Position numbers and translations under genes: made by a program | The notes under the pieces: generated by a model | Databases searched by the model: none | Seen by the model: the letters and a program-made list of their open reading frames with translations, nothing else | What the model was told of the DNA's origin: nothing | In this document: positions 35,308 to 50,687 of the stretch, in pieces | How the letters are laid out: each line of letters starts with the position of its first letter | Position numbering within the stretch: position 1 is the first letter of the stretch | Origin: Chlorokybus atmophyticus | Taxonomy: Eukaryota > Plantae > Mesostigma and Chlorokybus algae | Assembly (NCBI GenBank): GCA_009103225.1 | Contig: RHPI01000671.1 | Span: forward strand, 3,531 to 67,530 | Length of the DNA: 64,000 bases | Reading direction: 5' to 3'

Positions 35308-37862
35308 TCAAGCTGGTTCGCAGTTGCTCTCCTGGTCAATTGCATACGAGTAACAATCCCGCATGGCCGCTGCTGTGTCGCAGACAAAAAAACATGAAAG
35401 GGTTACACACCCCACCAGTTGCGCATGTGCCGGACGTTGACATGAGCGCAACTACACCATCAACCCTGCAGACACAAAGCACATTACAACCAGAGCCGCA
35501 GCCACAAATGCCAGTGAACAGATGAACGCCGACGAACCTCTTGCATGTGGTCGGCCGAGGCGTTCCCGCCATTGGTCAAACCTTGCTCTCGCGGCACCTC
35601 TGCTGCCATCGGTTGATGCCCGTCCGCCATCTCCGTATCTATCATTATGTCGGTGGGCATTTGCCCTGACTTCAAAGCCTGGAGCATAAAGGTATATTAT
35701 ACACACAGGTCGATGCAACAGACAATTAGAAACTTGAGAGACAAGACTTGGAGAAGTATTCAGTAATTGCTTTGCTCTTTGCAATAGCACATATAGCAAT
35801 TCAGAACTAGCCAAACCAACAAGTTGCAACGAGTAGCACATGCGCAACAGTTGTAAGCAAAGATCCGCTTCAGAAGCATGACAGCTGCCAATAGCACCAT
35901 ACTGCAGCTATACATACCTTTTCAAGGCGGGCGACCTCATCCAGTGTCTGCGCATTGGCAATAGCGGCCTTGATGGCTGTGAGCTGCTCGGGCGTTGGGG
36001 CGGTCGGTTTGGGCGGGGCGGCGGGTTCAACAACAGCGGGAGCCCCCGCAGCCGCTGTCGCAGCCTCGGCTTCCGGTACGCCCTCACCGGGCACAAATGT
36101 CTGCTGCTTTGAGGCTGCCGCCCTCAGCTTTGCCTCGCTGTCCTCACCGCCAAACAACTTCTCTGCCTCCTCGCGCTCCTGTAAAGCAAAACTCGTGACA
36201 TGACATTCGCGTGTGCGCTCGCAAACCAACAACATCTGCGGCACGCTGAAAGATAATCACTTAGTTTGCACTACACTGATGGCAAATGTCTGAAGAGCTA
36301 TATGTGAAACAACATGACAGAGGACGCGTTACATTCTCCCTATGAGACAAAACACCCTCACTAGCTTTGCGGGTGTTTACTCTCCCACTAGCTAGTGAGG
36401 GAGAAAACACCCCAAAAGCTAGTGTTCGCGACGCCGCAGGACACTAGCTTTGAGTGTGTTTGCTGGCCTTACGGCAAACCCATATGCTTTGTGACATGTG
36501 GTACACATACCATGCGGAGAGGATTCAGCTTTGCCGGCGCTCACCTTCTGTTTGACTTTCTTAAAGTCGAGTAGCCGGAGGCTGGGGACTCGGTGCAGGA
36601 CGTACAGCCGGTAGTTTGGCTTCTTGCACACAACATTGTCGAGGAGGGACAGCCTCTGCAGCGACTTGAGGGAGGAAAGGGCGTCCAGATCCGCAAGGTT
36701 GACAAAACGGTTGTTGGCTAACACTAACGTCTCCAGCGAAGGCAAAAACACTGCAGCACCGCACATGCACACCCATATCAGTGACGAGGCTTGGTGTTGG
36801 ACATAGAAAACGGACACGTACAACCAAGCGTGCACGTACACGCACACGCCCACACACATGCGCATGGGTGTGTGCACGCATGCGCATATGCACACACTAC
36901 CAATAGAGCTTCGAGAAATGTATACATGCTATTTGTCTTACAAAGTTTTGTATGCATAATGGGATGGACTCACCCCCAAGCCGATCGCTGATGCGCGATA
37001 TCCTGTTGTTGGCAACGATCAGGGACCTTAGTCGTTTGAGCAAGGGGAAGCCCTCCAACTTGACTATCTCATTGTCGGAGAAATCGATGCACTCAAACTG
37101 GTTCTGCACTCCACACGCACAACCTCATTCAGCATGCGCAGTGACAAAACAGAAGTGTCCCACGGGTGTCAGAGAGAACCCTCTACTTGCTGTGTATTTA
37201 CAGGTGCATTATTAGCCATAAAGACGTATGTGACGTGCGGTAATCAACAGTGCATGCCGCATGCAAGCAGGAATGCTGTAATTGTCAGTGCAAACTTTAC
37301 ACAAGAAGTAGTACGTATCAACACTACGGACCACTGAACGTGTGATGCTGAACACGCAAGCATGTGCAGCATCACACGTGACACGTAATAGCAACATAAG
37401 CGACCAAAAGTGCAATTCGGCAAAGAAGATGCACAAAGACTGCACAAGACACAACAGTGGGTAACTGCTATAGTCAAACCATATGCGCGAAGGCAGAGGC
37501 ATGTCAACACGAATGCAACACAAGAACAACCCACTCACCTCTGTTCCGCCGAGGTTCTCTATCACCGCAATCTTGTTGCCTACTTCCCTGGTAAAGGCGC
37601 AAACACCAGAACAAGAAAGGGAGAGCAGACGCACTCGACATGCATGCATTTACGGAAGGAGCCACTAGCAGATAAACACTGCTCATGCATGACATGAGCA
37701 GTGTTTGTGCATGACAGCAGTGCCTGAGTGGAGTACAGCGCACTCAACACACACACAAGAAGGGTGGCTGCAGAGGATACCTCGCAAGCTAAGCTCGCGT
37801 TCACCAATTGGGTTGGTGTATTGTGGAGAGTACGCAATTAGATCTGCGGATATCCGCACCAT
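35308..37862 (-). CDS. SNRPA1: U2 snRNP A' protein; multi-exon
   Basis: MVRISADLIAYSPQYTNPIGERELSLRG|NKIAVIENLGGTE|NQFECIDFSDNEIVKLEGFPLLKRL...NNRISRI...LETLVLANNRF...LSLLDNVVCKKPNYRLYVLHRVPSLRLLDFKKVKQK...IKAAIANAQTLDEVARLEK|ALKSG. The last micro-exon (ESNCEPA*) is less certain. Confidence 0.95.
36359..36424. repeat. Imperfect 66-bp palindrome with CACTA...TAGTG ends in a U2A' intron
   Basis: CACTAGCTTTGCGGGTGTTTACTCTCCCACTAG / CTAGTGAGGGAGAAAACACCCCAAAAGCTAGTG. An extra CACTAGCTTT copy lies at ~36442. Confidence 0.85.
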
Positions 37863-38227
37863 AGCTTCTGCAACCTACGCTCCGCAGCGCTCAACCACGC
37901 ACTCCTTTACCTCTTTTCCTCGCCTCCGTCACCTCCACCTACTCTTACTTCACCACCACCGCCGCCTCTCCGCTCAGCTCCTGCGGCGCCCAACTCCTCC
38001 ACAGCGCTCGTTCAACCCTAAAAGTGACATCCGGCGGCGGCGGCAAAGTCGCCGGGAGAACCCAGAGATGCTGACTGCCCCCTTCCTACCTCAGGGCAGT
38101 CACATCAACATCCGCCACACCGGCAGCCACGCCACCGCCACCGTCACCACTGCCGCCGCCGCCGCCGCTGCCCGCTTGTTTGCCGCCGGTTGAGATTTCC
38201 TGCACCAAATCTTACTCAATTCTTGAC

Positions 38228-38236
38228 AAACCCTAA
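38228..38236 (+). promoter_or_regulatory. Telo-box (AAACCCTAA) in the 5' region of U2A'
   Basis: Exact motif upstream of the U2A' ATG. Telo-boxes are known near plant ribosomal, translation and snRNP genes. Function here is not shown. Confidence 0.35.
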
Positions 38237-38717
38237 CTGAGCTCGATATCCCAGCAGCCATGTTCATCTTCGGCGTATGGCGCGGTATCTACTTGACCTC
38301 GACATCGAGTTTCACATGAATGTCACTGTCATGGCGTCTATATGTTGCAATCACGTGACAGACCGGGAGTCATATATTTCCGGCAGCCATTATTGCGTCT
38401 GTCTGTTTGGTCAGATGGCTTGCATTGATTGAGTCCATGAAACTTTGGCGTGTCTCGCCCTTTTGACCAAAAAGAAAAACGCCCAAAGCGTCGGTTCAAC
38501 GCTCTCTGCCCCTGGTTCCGTACCATACTTGGCCTGGTCCGTAATCTGACACCCATCAATATCACCACCGCCGCCGCCGCCGCCGCCGCCGCCTTTGTCT
38601 CTTCCTGTTCCATGTAGTTGTCATCAAGGTTGCCGTCCTGCTCTTGGTGGTTGCCGTCCTTCCACTGGTTGTTGTCCTTCTGTATGCAGATGCTGCCAGG
38701 TCTTGCTCCTACTGCTC

Positions 38718-39614
38718 ATGGGTGACGCAAGCGGCGGCGGCGGCGGCGGCGGGTACCGCCACGTGGCTGTGCTTGCGCGCAGCGGCAGCTTCTTTGAAAG
38801 CGAGCAGCTGCTGCAGCAGCACCAGACCTCCAGCCACAGACCTGAGGTCAACCAACTGCACATCCTCATCAGCAGTGTTATTGTTGTTGTCGTTGTTGTA
38901 GTCCGCATTGGTGATATGCACCGTCATGTGGTTGAATGTGTGTGTCTGCACAGAGGGAGGAAAGAGGGTGGAGTAGCAACCCTTGCAGGCCATACAGGCC
39001 GCTCGGCACACCTGACCTTCTCAGGTGACTCACTCACTCACTCTCATCTACGCATCAGTCACTTGATCGCTTACTGGTCCGCGTACTATTATATTGACTC
39101 GTACAACTTTTTTGGATGCATTCATGAAACTTTAGATCATCATTAAGATCTTCGATCACTTAGTCATTTCAATTGACTCATGCGGTCATTTAAACACTTA
39201 TCCACTCTATTCCATTCATTCGTTCATTTACTCAACTCACTGATGCACTCGTGGATTTAAATCTTCACTCACACACTCATTCCTGCATTGCATTGTTCAT
39301 TGAGTGGCTGATGAATTGTTTGATAACAAAGTCACACAAGAAGAGGCATACACTGAAGTGTCTCGTACATGTGCACATACCAATAGAGCCAAAGAGACTG
39401 TTCGCCTTCACCAGCAGCAGCAGCAGCAGCAGCACTCCCAGCACTACCAACAGCAACACCGCACTCATCCTCAACAGCGCTCTCCCCAACAACAGCAACA
39501 GCATCAGCACAACCAGCCGGGCTCCCCGCGTGCACACGCCAACGCAAACTCCCTCTCCCCAAGAGACGGCGGGTATGGTTACTTGTGCTGTTGGACACTT
39601 CTCCTTGCGCGCGC

Positions 39615-39645
<31 letters not shown>

Positions 39646-39901
39646 TTTACCACTCACTCTCTTACTTGACGCATGGGGGGGTATGTTGCAGTGAGGATGG
39701 CGAATCTCTCGTCAAAGTTGTGGGTACGTCCACACACACGTCATCGTTGTTGTTGTTGTTGTTGTTGATGGTGCACGCCTGCTCATCTCTTGAACAACAG
39801 GTGTGCGGAGGGTGGAGGAAAGTGACGGCTTTCACATCCTCCGCACAGAGATCGACCAATCCACCGAACGCATCAAACTCTGCAAGTACGAAACATGGAA
39901 C

Positions 39902-39950
<49 letters not shown>

Positions 39951-40178
39951 NNNNNNNNNNNNNNNNNNNNNNNNNNNNNNNNNNNNNNNNNNNNNNNNNN
40001 NNNNNNNNNNNNNNNNNNNNNNNNNNNNNNNNNNNNNNNNNNNNNNNNNNNNNNNNNNNNNNNNNNNNNNNNNNNNNNNNNNNNNNNNNNNNNNNNNNNN
40101 NNNNNNNNNNNNNNNNNNNNNNNNNNNNNNNNNNNNNNNNNNNNNNNNNNNNNNNNNNNNNNNNNNNNNNNNNNNNNN

Positions 40179-40262
<84 letters not shown>

Positions 40263-42358
40263 TGCGTGCGTGCGCACACCTGTCTGATTATGTGCGATTG
40301 CTGTGCGTAGGTTGGGAGTGCCAATTGGCACGGTGCTATCTCAACAACAACATCCCAACCAACACCCACAGCAACAGCATCAAGTGCGCGTTGTCCCGGG
40401 GTGGCTCGACGACAACGCCGTCACGACCAGGCATTTTAGACAAAACAAATAGTGCTGATGTAGTTATTTTCATGTCGTTGTGGTATATATGTAACAGAGT
40501 GCTCTACAGGAAGGGTGTGGGGAAGAACTATGGCGTGAACGTGCCGGCGCTGCGGATCGGGGACGTCCCACCCTCTTTGCTGGCGGTATGTGTGTTGAAG
40601 TGAACTGAAGTGGTGTGGTCATGTCTCACTGAGTGGTGGCTGCGCACAGCCCACACAACGGAGTGCGCGGAGTTTTGCTGACCACGAAGCAGCCCAGAGT
40701 GGTAGTAATACCGCCCGCGCGGCCCTTATGCGAGGGGTGAGTCAACCAACCAGCAAATGTACATTGTTTTGACAGATGCGCTTGCGTGCACGTGCGCTAA
40801 CATACACAGATGTGCGCACACATGCTCATGTGAACGTGCACGTGCACGCATGCATATGCGCATGCGGATTGCGCAGAGTGTCAGCCTGTGACACCCGCAA
40901 GAGTCAACGACACACACGCATGCCTACCCATGCACGTATGCGTGTGTGTTGACTCTTGTGTATGTGTCACAGGCTGTCAGTGAGCGCACTTTGGGGTCGC
41001 ACCACTCCCCCCGCATGCTAGCAGGCAAGGCACAGCCCCACACTGTGACGCAATCACTCGCGCACTACACAACCTTGCCACAACCCAACCACATCTCACC
41101 CGCGCAGCATCCTTGTCGTCGTCGCGCACGGCGTCGCTGAGGTCCTTGCAGAGGTCTCTTGTGCACGCCGCAGAGGAGCGACCCTCCGCCCTGCGCACGC
41201 GCTACCAGGCCCTCAGGTTGGTGGGGGAAGTACACATGCATGACAACAATGTTGGTTGCTGGTGTGACAACATGGCTGGATGTGAAGTTGTGTGTGTCTA
41301 GGATGGAGACTGCGGAGCCGTGGCAGTGGCGACGAGCGGCCAACAAGCAGCTTAAGGAGGTGCTGGGTTATGACTGCGTCGCAACGTAGTGTAACCCAGC
41401 GTATGCTGCATGTGCTTTTTCGACTTACCCACTATGAGTCCAACAGTTATCCAATCGTTGTATACATACATGCGAACTCTAACCAACATCTGTGTGATGC
41501 AGGCACGGCGGGCTCACTTGTTCTCACACCCGTGGTACCCCCGCTTCCACGCCCTTCTCACCACTCAGCCCCCCGCCACGTAAGCAACACACACACAGAG
41601 AGACAGAAACATACAACCCACTGATTGAAAATATGCACGAGCATGCAAGTGCGTGGGTGGTTGCATTGGCGTGTGTGCATATACACACACACGCACACGC
41701 ACACGCACACGCACACGCACACCTACCTTTACCCACCCACCCCTTATCCCCTGCAGCCCAGCGGAGGTCTCCTTGGCTCGCGCCGTCCGCCGCGCCCTCG
41801 ACCACGACCGGCCCGCTCCCAAGCACCACCACCGCAAGACCCACACTACTACCACCACCACCGCCGCCTCCGCAGCCGCAGCCAAGGGTGGCTTCGGCGC
41901 GGCGGAGTTCTACCATGCTTTGCTTGAGGCGGCGGGAGAAGCTGCGGGGGCAGGGGCGGGCCACACTGGAAGGGATGTGTTGGACGGGGGAGGAGTTGGG
42001 TTGGGGGTGGGGAGGGAGAGTGAGTTGTGGGGGAGGGAGAGTGGGTTCGGGAGGGAGAGCGGGATGGGGAGGGAGAGTGGGATGAGGGGGAGGGGGCGAG
42101 GAGGGATGGATAGCCCAAGGATGCAGGTACGAGGTGTCGCTGCTGCTGCTGCTGGGCACGTCTCTCTGTTGGTGCTTACGCACGCGCGTGTGCGCACGCT
42201 CGCGCGTGTGCCATTATGCCTTGAGCTCAGCTTGTTCCTGCACTTTGCAGAAGATGATGATGTTCATATATGAGGAGTTGAAGATCCAGCACGAGGATTT
42301 TAGACGGTTCTTGCAGGAGAACGACCTGCCCATACCATTTGGACTGAAGCGCAAATGA
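38718..42358 (+). CDS. Hypothetical multi-exon protein, family not recognised
   Basis: About 12 exons splice in frame: MGDASGGG...|Q-rich|EDGESLVKVVG|VRRVEESDGFHILRTEIDQSTERIKLCK|LGVPIGTV...|KGVGKNYGVNVPALRIGDVPPSLLA|...|METAEPWQWRRAANKQLKE|ARRAHLFSHPWYPRFHALL...|PAEVSLARAVRRALDH...|KMMMFIYEELKIQHEDFRRFLQENDLPIPFGLKRK*. Confidence 0.7.
39905..40259. repeat. (CT)n microsatellite interrupted by an assembly gap (39951-40178), intronic
   Basis: Direct reading. Confidence 0.98.
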
Positions 42359-42662
42359 CCACGCTGGCTTCACTCACAGATTGATGCGCGTCGTAATGAT
42401 TCAATCCTGGATACCAGGAATTGCTTTTCTACAAGAAAGGCCTTTGCAATAAAATTACAGTTATATTATATATATTAACACTCATAGATATTGAGTATGT
42501 TCATGCAGCAAAATCTGATGCACAACAAGCAGCTCAATCTCTCTGTACAGCACCTTATTGAGTCCTAAAGTCAATCAATGAATGTTTTACAGCACGGGAT
42601 TGAAGATGCATACTCTCTTACTGCCTTTAATCATTATAAACCATTGCGCTGATGTCGCTCCC

Positions 42663-45792
<3,130 letters not shown>

Positions 45793-46354
45793 GGCTGGGC
45801 CCAGACCTCCAATACAACCTCCCAACGCAAACGCTACAGCACTGCCGACCACAGCAACGACGACGACCAGAGCCACCTCACCGCCCGTGACGCATCACGC
45901 TGGCTGGGCAGATCCTCAGCGTGACGTGTCACTAAGTTGACGTGGCAGCCACCAACCATATAGGCACGACTTATTAGCTATCGCAAGTAGCTGTGCTGAT
46001 ATCATTCGGCTACGTGACCATGCGGACAAACCGTTTCCGGTTTAGCGGTTTGCACCGGAACCGCAGTTTGACCTGACCGTTGAGCGGTTAGTGTGTCGCC
46101 GGTGAATCGCGGTCAAGGCAGGCAGCTAAAGGTCGTTTGGTTAAGGTCATAGGTACGAAAATGTCGTTTAGCTGCCGCAGGTCGTTACGACGTAACGCGG
46201 TTAGTGACCCTCACTAGCTCTTTATCTGCTTTGCGCCTGGCGTCGCGCGCTGCGGCGCTGCGGCAAAGGCGCGCGGGCGGGCATCGCTTGCAGCCAAGTA
46301 TTCCGTCTCTTCAAAGCGCAAAATAGCAGACTGCTGCAGTGGCAGGCAAGCACG

Positions 46355-49300
46355 ATGGCGGCGGCGGCGGTGGCAGCGGCGGTGGCATTGCCACAGCGAG
46401 CCTCCCTGTCGTTGGCTTCAGCAAGGCGTCAGCAGTTGGCTGCACCATGCGCCGGCAAGCGGCCTCTCAGGTTCGCAGCAGGCCTTGCTTGCTGACATGC
46501 TTGTTTGCTCGCTCTCTCACTTGCTTGCTTGGCTTGGCTTGGCTTTGATCGCATTGCTAACAGCTTCTGCCAGCTACTACTTGGCATCTTGTCTGACTCT
46601 GCTAGTGCCTCCAACGCTAGCATTGCGCTTGTGCAGCTGTCGTGCTTGCTGCATCCCCAGCCAACATCCTATCATCTGGCAGCACCTGCATTGAGCCAGC
46701 TTCCCCGCATGCGTCTTGTGCCTGACCGTGTCCTGGTATCACAACCGTACATGTACTCATGCAAACAAGGTGGTGGCCATTAGCACCGGTTGTCTGAAAT
46801 TTCCAAGTTGGGTTCATTGGGTACAAACAATCCGGGCTGTCAAGTCAGAATGCATACGTTTGGCGAGTGCACAGCTGCAAGAAGGATACACACATAATGA
46901 CGATGCCGCTGAGCTTGATTTGTCACACAATACAATGCATACAGCTGGTTGACATTGTTGTATGCTTTGAGGCAAGCTGTTACCGGTAGTTGTTCTCACC
47001 TGACATGATACTGGTGCTTCAAGTATATGATGCAGCTGGCAACAACGTTTTCAACAATACCATAGCACAATGGCTCCTGATTGTGCGTGCATTTCCATGC
47101 TGACTCGCTGACTGACACTGTCCTTGCAGTGCCTCCAGACGCTCCATTGTGCGATGCAGCATTGCAGAAGCCCCCTCACCATCTATCGCCACAAAGCAAC
47201 CCGTCGCCCACAACGATGTCATCATGTTCCAGGTCAGTGTTCCACCTCCTCCTGCATTAAGCGTAGAGCAACACTGATGCTGAGTGCTTTTGACGTACCG
47301 GTTGTGAGTATACCATCAATGTGTTTGATGGCAGGGTTTCAACTGGGAGTCTTGCAACCACGGCAAGTGGTACGATGTCCTGCAGAAGTGTGCAGAAGAC
47401 CTTGGCCAGAGCGGCATTAGTGACATCTGGCTGCCACCTCCCTCACGCTCAGTTGCCAAGCAGGGTAAGGCATCCAGCTTGCTTATATGTAATATGTCTT
47501 TTGTTTTGCAATGTGCTCTGTTCCAGCCTACCGGTCATCAAGCTGCAGGATGGTGCACAGATTTGGCAATGCATTCTGTTGTACGAATGTCGCCAGATGT
47601 ATGGGTAGTAGAAAACACTGGTATATCAATGACAATGCCATGCATTAAAGCACTGCCTCTCGTTATGACAGGTTACCTGCCAACCCAGCTGTACAACCTG
47701 AACGATTGCTCGTATGGCAACGAGGGTCAGCTGAGAGCACTGATCAAGGCGCTGCACGACAACAATGTCAGGGCTGTCGCAGATATCGTCATCAACCACA
47801 GATGCGCAGACTATCAGGTGAGGGTGGACACTTGTTGATAATCATGCAAAACACCGTGTCCCAACCAGTTAGCAATGGGGACACGCTGTGCGTATGTTGC
47901 ATAGTTGGACGGACGCTATCAAGCATGTTGTGCTGGAGAATTGTCTGTGATTACAATGATTGATGTTCTTTGTGTTTCAGGACGATCGTGGCGTGTGGAG
48001 CGTTTTTGAGGGAGGCACTGCTGATGATCGCTTGGATTGGGGACCGTGGGCAATTGCTAAACACGACGAGTTTGGCAGCGGCGAGGGAAATGTAAGCAGA
48101 GGCGCCAATTGCATAACCAGCTGCAACTGTTCTTCTGTAGTCTATCACATCGTTGCTACAGTATGTCAACGTTGGGTGGATATGTGGACGAGTCTGCAAC
48201 ATCAATGCAACACCGGGTATGGACCTGAGCTCATAGGGGCGTTGCATGGCAGGCTGACACAGGAGAGGACTATGGCGCTGCCCCTGATATTGACCACAAG
48301 AATGAGAAAGTTCAGCAGGTCAGTTCACAACACACAAAGCACGGAATAAAATATAGCAAAGGCTTCGAGCTGTAGTCTGATTATCCACATGCACGCAGGA
48401 TCTGATTGAGTGGATGAAGTGGTTGAAGCAAGAGGTTGGGTTTGACGGCTGGCGCTTCGACTTTGTGAAGGGTTATGCCAGCTGGGCCGTGGGCCTGTAC
48501 TGCGAGAAGACCGACCCGGCGTTTTCCGTCGGCGAATACTGGACCAACTGCATTTATGGAGACAACGGCCTGGACTACAACCAAGGTGAGCGTGAGACAG
48601 TTCAGCTATAACATGTTTGTTCCGCACTGTGCAGCATGCATTCAGGTTGAGGTAGCAAGCTGGCGTGCATGTGTCTTGTTGTGTACGTTACTCAACCTGT
48701 GCCTCCTTTGCATGCAGATCACCACCGCCAGCAACTTTGTGATTGGATCAGCGGTACCAATGGGCGCAGCACAGCTTTTGACTTTACCACCAAGGGCATT
48801 CTGCAGGTGACGCACATGCTGTTGAAGCAAGATTGTGTATTCTGGCAGCGTCTTGCAAGTCTCACTCCATGCAATGCGCAGCAAGCTGTTCACAACGAGT
48901 ACTGGAGGCTGAAAGACCAGAGCGGCAAGCCTTCGGGGTTGATCGGATGGTGGCCCTCAAAGGCGGTGACATTCCTGGACAATCATGATACAGGGTCCAC
49001 ACAGGTACCTGTCATTTCTATGCACACGAACTACTTCATGATTGCTGCAGGGTGTCATTTCTTGCTTGCAACTCTCACAATGCTATATGGCAGGCTCATT
49101 GGCCGTTCCCTGGAGACAAAGTGATGGTTGGCTATGCATACATCTTGACACACCCCGGCATTCCTTGCGTGGTATGTGCGCATTGTTGCATTGGCCTGCC
49201 TGCGAACAACCATTTACAAGAGCTGCTGTGCAGTTTTACGACCACTTTTACGATTGGAATTTGCGCGATCCTATCCGTGCGCTGATTGCCGCCCGCAAAT

Positions 49301-49681
49301 TGAGCGGTGTCCACGCCGAAAGCCCGGTAACAACCTACACTGACTCGCTCTGCCACACCACTGCAATACCAAATGGCACAAAGTACTGATAAGCAATGAC
49401 AGGTCTCAATCCTGGCCGCCGAAGCTGACCTGTACATGGCAAACATTGATGACAAATTGATGGTGAAGCTGGGACCAAGGTACTGACTCGCTTATAGACC
49501 TGTTCGCACTTGGTGGTGCCACTCTATATCAGTAAACGTATGCTGGTCGTGCGCAAGCACATAACAGCTGTAACTCAACAGTTGTATGTTGTCCAGGCAC
49601 GACCTTGGCCACCTTGCCCCTGATGGCGGCTGGGAGTCTGTGGCATGGGGCAACGACTACTGCGTGTGGAAGAAGAAGTGA
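46355..49681 (+). CDS. AMY: Alpha-amylase (GH13 plant type) with a putative plastid transit peptide, copy 1
   Basis: FQ|[18 protein letters not shown]|[23 protein letters not shown] (nucleophile D), VGEYW (acid/base E), [20 protein letters not shown] and VWKKK*. Confidence 0.95.
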
Positions 49682-50406
49682 GGCACCTTTGTGCACCCAA
49701 CTCGCATGCACACTCTAGCGCTTGCGTAAAGGGGCAATATTATGTGCTAAGCAGAGAGTTTTGTTTGCAACCCTTGATATAACACGAGAATTGTATAGTG
49801 CAGGCGAGTACGGACACGGGCACTGACATTGTTGCCCAAGTAACCATATTCCTCGCTGTCTCTCACAGTATGCTGCAACTTGCACATGTCGCTTGCAGCT
49901 TGCCATGCTCATCACTGACCGGATGTTGTAGCTTGTAAGGCCTAGTGTGACAGGCATTACAAAACATCCTACTATAGAGCATCAACTTTTAGGGCGTGTG
50001 TATTCTGCAGCACAAATTGATGTCACCTGCAAGCACTGCAAGTTGAAGTGGATTATAACTCTGCATGACGAGTGGATATGGCTTTGTTGACTGCAGTATA
50101 TGATGCAATATTAGGTTGAGCGAGCGCGCGGCGGCCTCATATGCCATGACGTTTACAGTCTGCGTGAAGATTCATTAAGTTGGTCAATTGTACATGGGTT
50201 GATGGGCTTGTGCAACTTGAGTGCGGGTGTCAAGTGTATACACCTACTATTATGGTCAATCCCTCTCAGCCTTTACACGAATCATCAGCAGCTGGTATCG
50301 TATTTTATTGGAGTGCCCCGATTCTTGTACAATCTCCCTAGCCCGTCTCCTATGTTTGGAATACAAACCACAAGTGGAGGGTATATACATGAGGGGGGGG
50401 GGGGGG

Positions 50407-50687
50407 NNNNNNNNNNNNNNNNNNNNNNNNNNNNNNNNNNNNNNNNNNNNNNNNNNNNNNNNNNNNNNNNNNNNNNNNNNNNNNNNNNNNNNNNNNNNNN
50501 NNNNNNNNNNNNNNNNNNNNNNNNNNNNNNNNNNNNNNNNNNNNNNNNNNNNNNNNNNNNNNNNNNNNNNNNNNNNNNNNNNNNNNNNNNNNNNNNNNNN
50601 NNNNNNNNNNNNNNNNNNNNNNNNNNNNNNNNNNNNNNNNNNNNNNNNNNNNNNNNNNNNNNNNNNNNNNNNNNNNNNNNNNNNNNN
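50407..50687. other. Assembly gap (N) flanked by G runs
   Basis: Direct reading. Confidence 0.99.
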
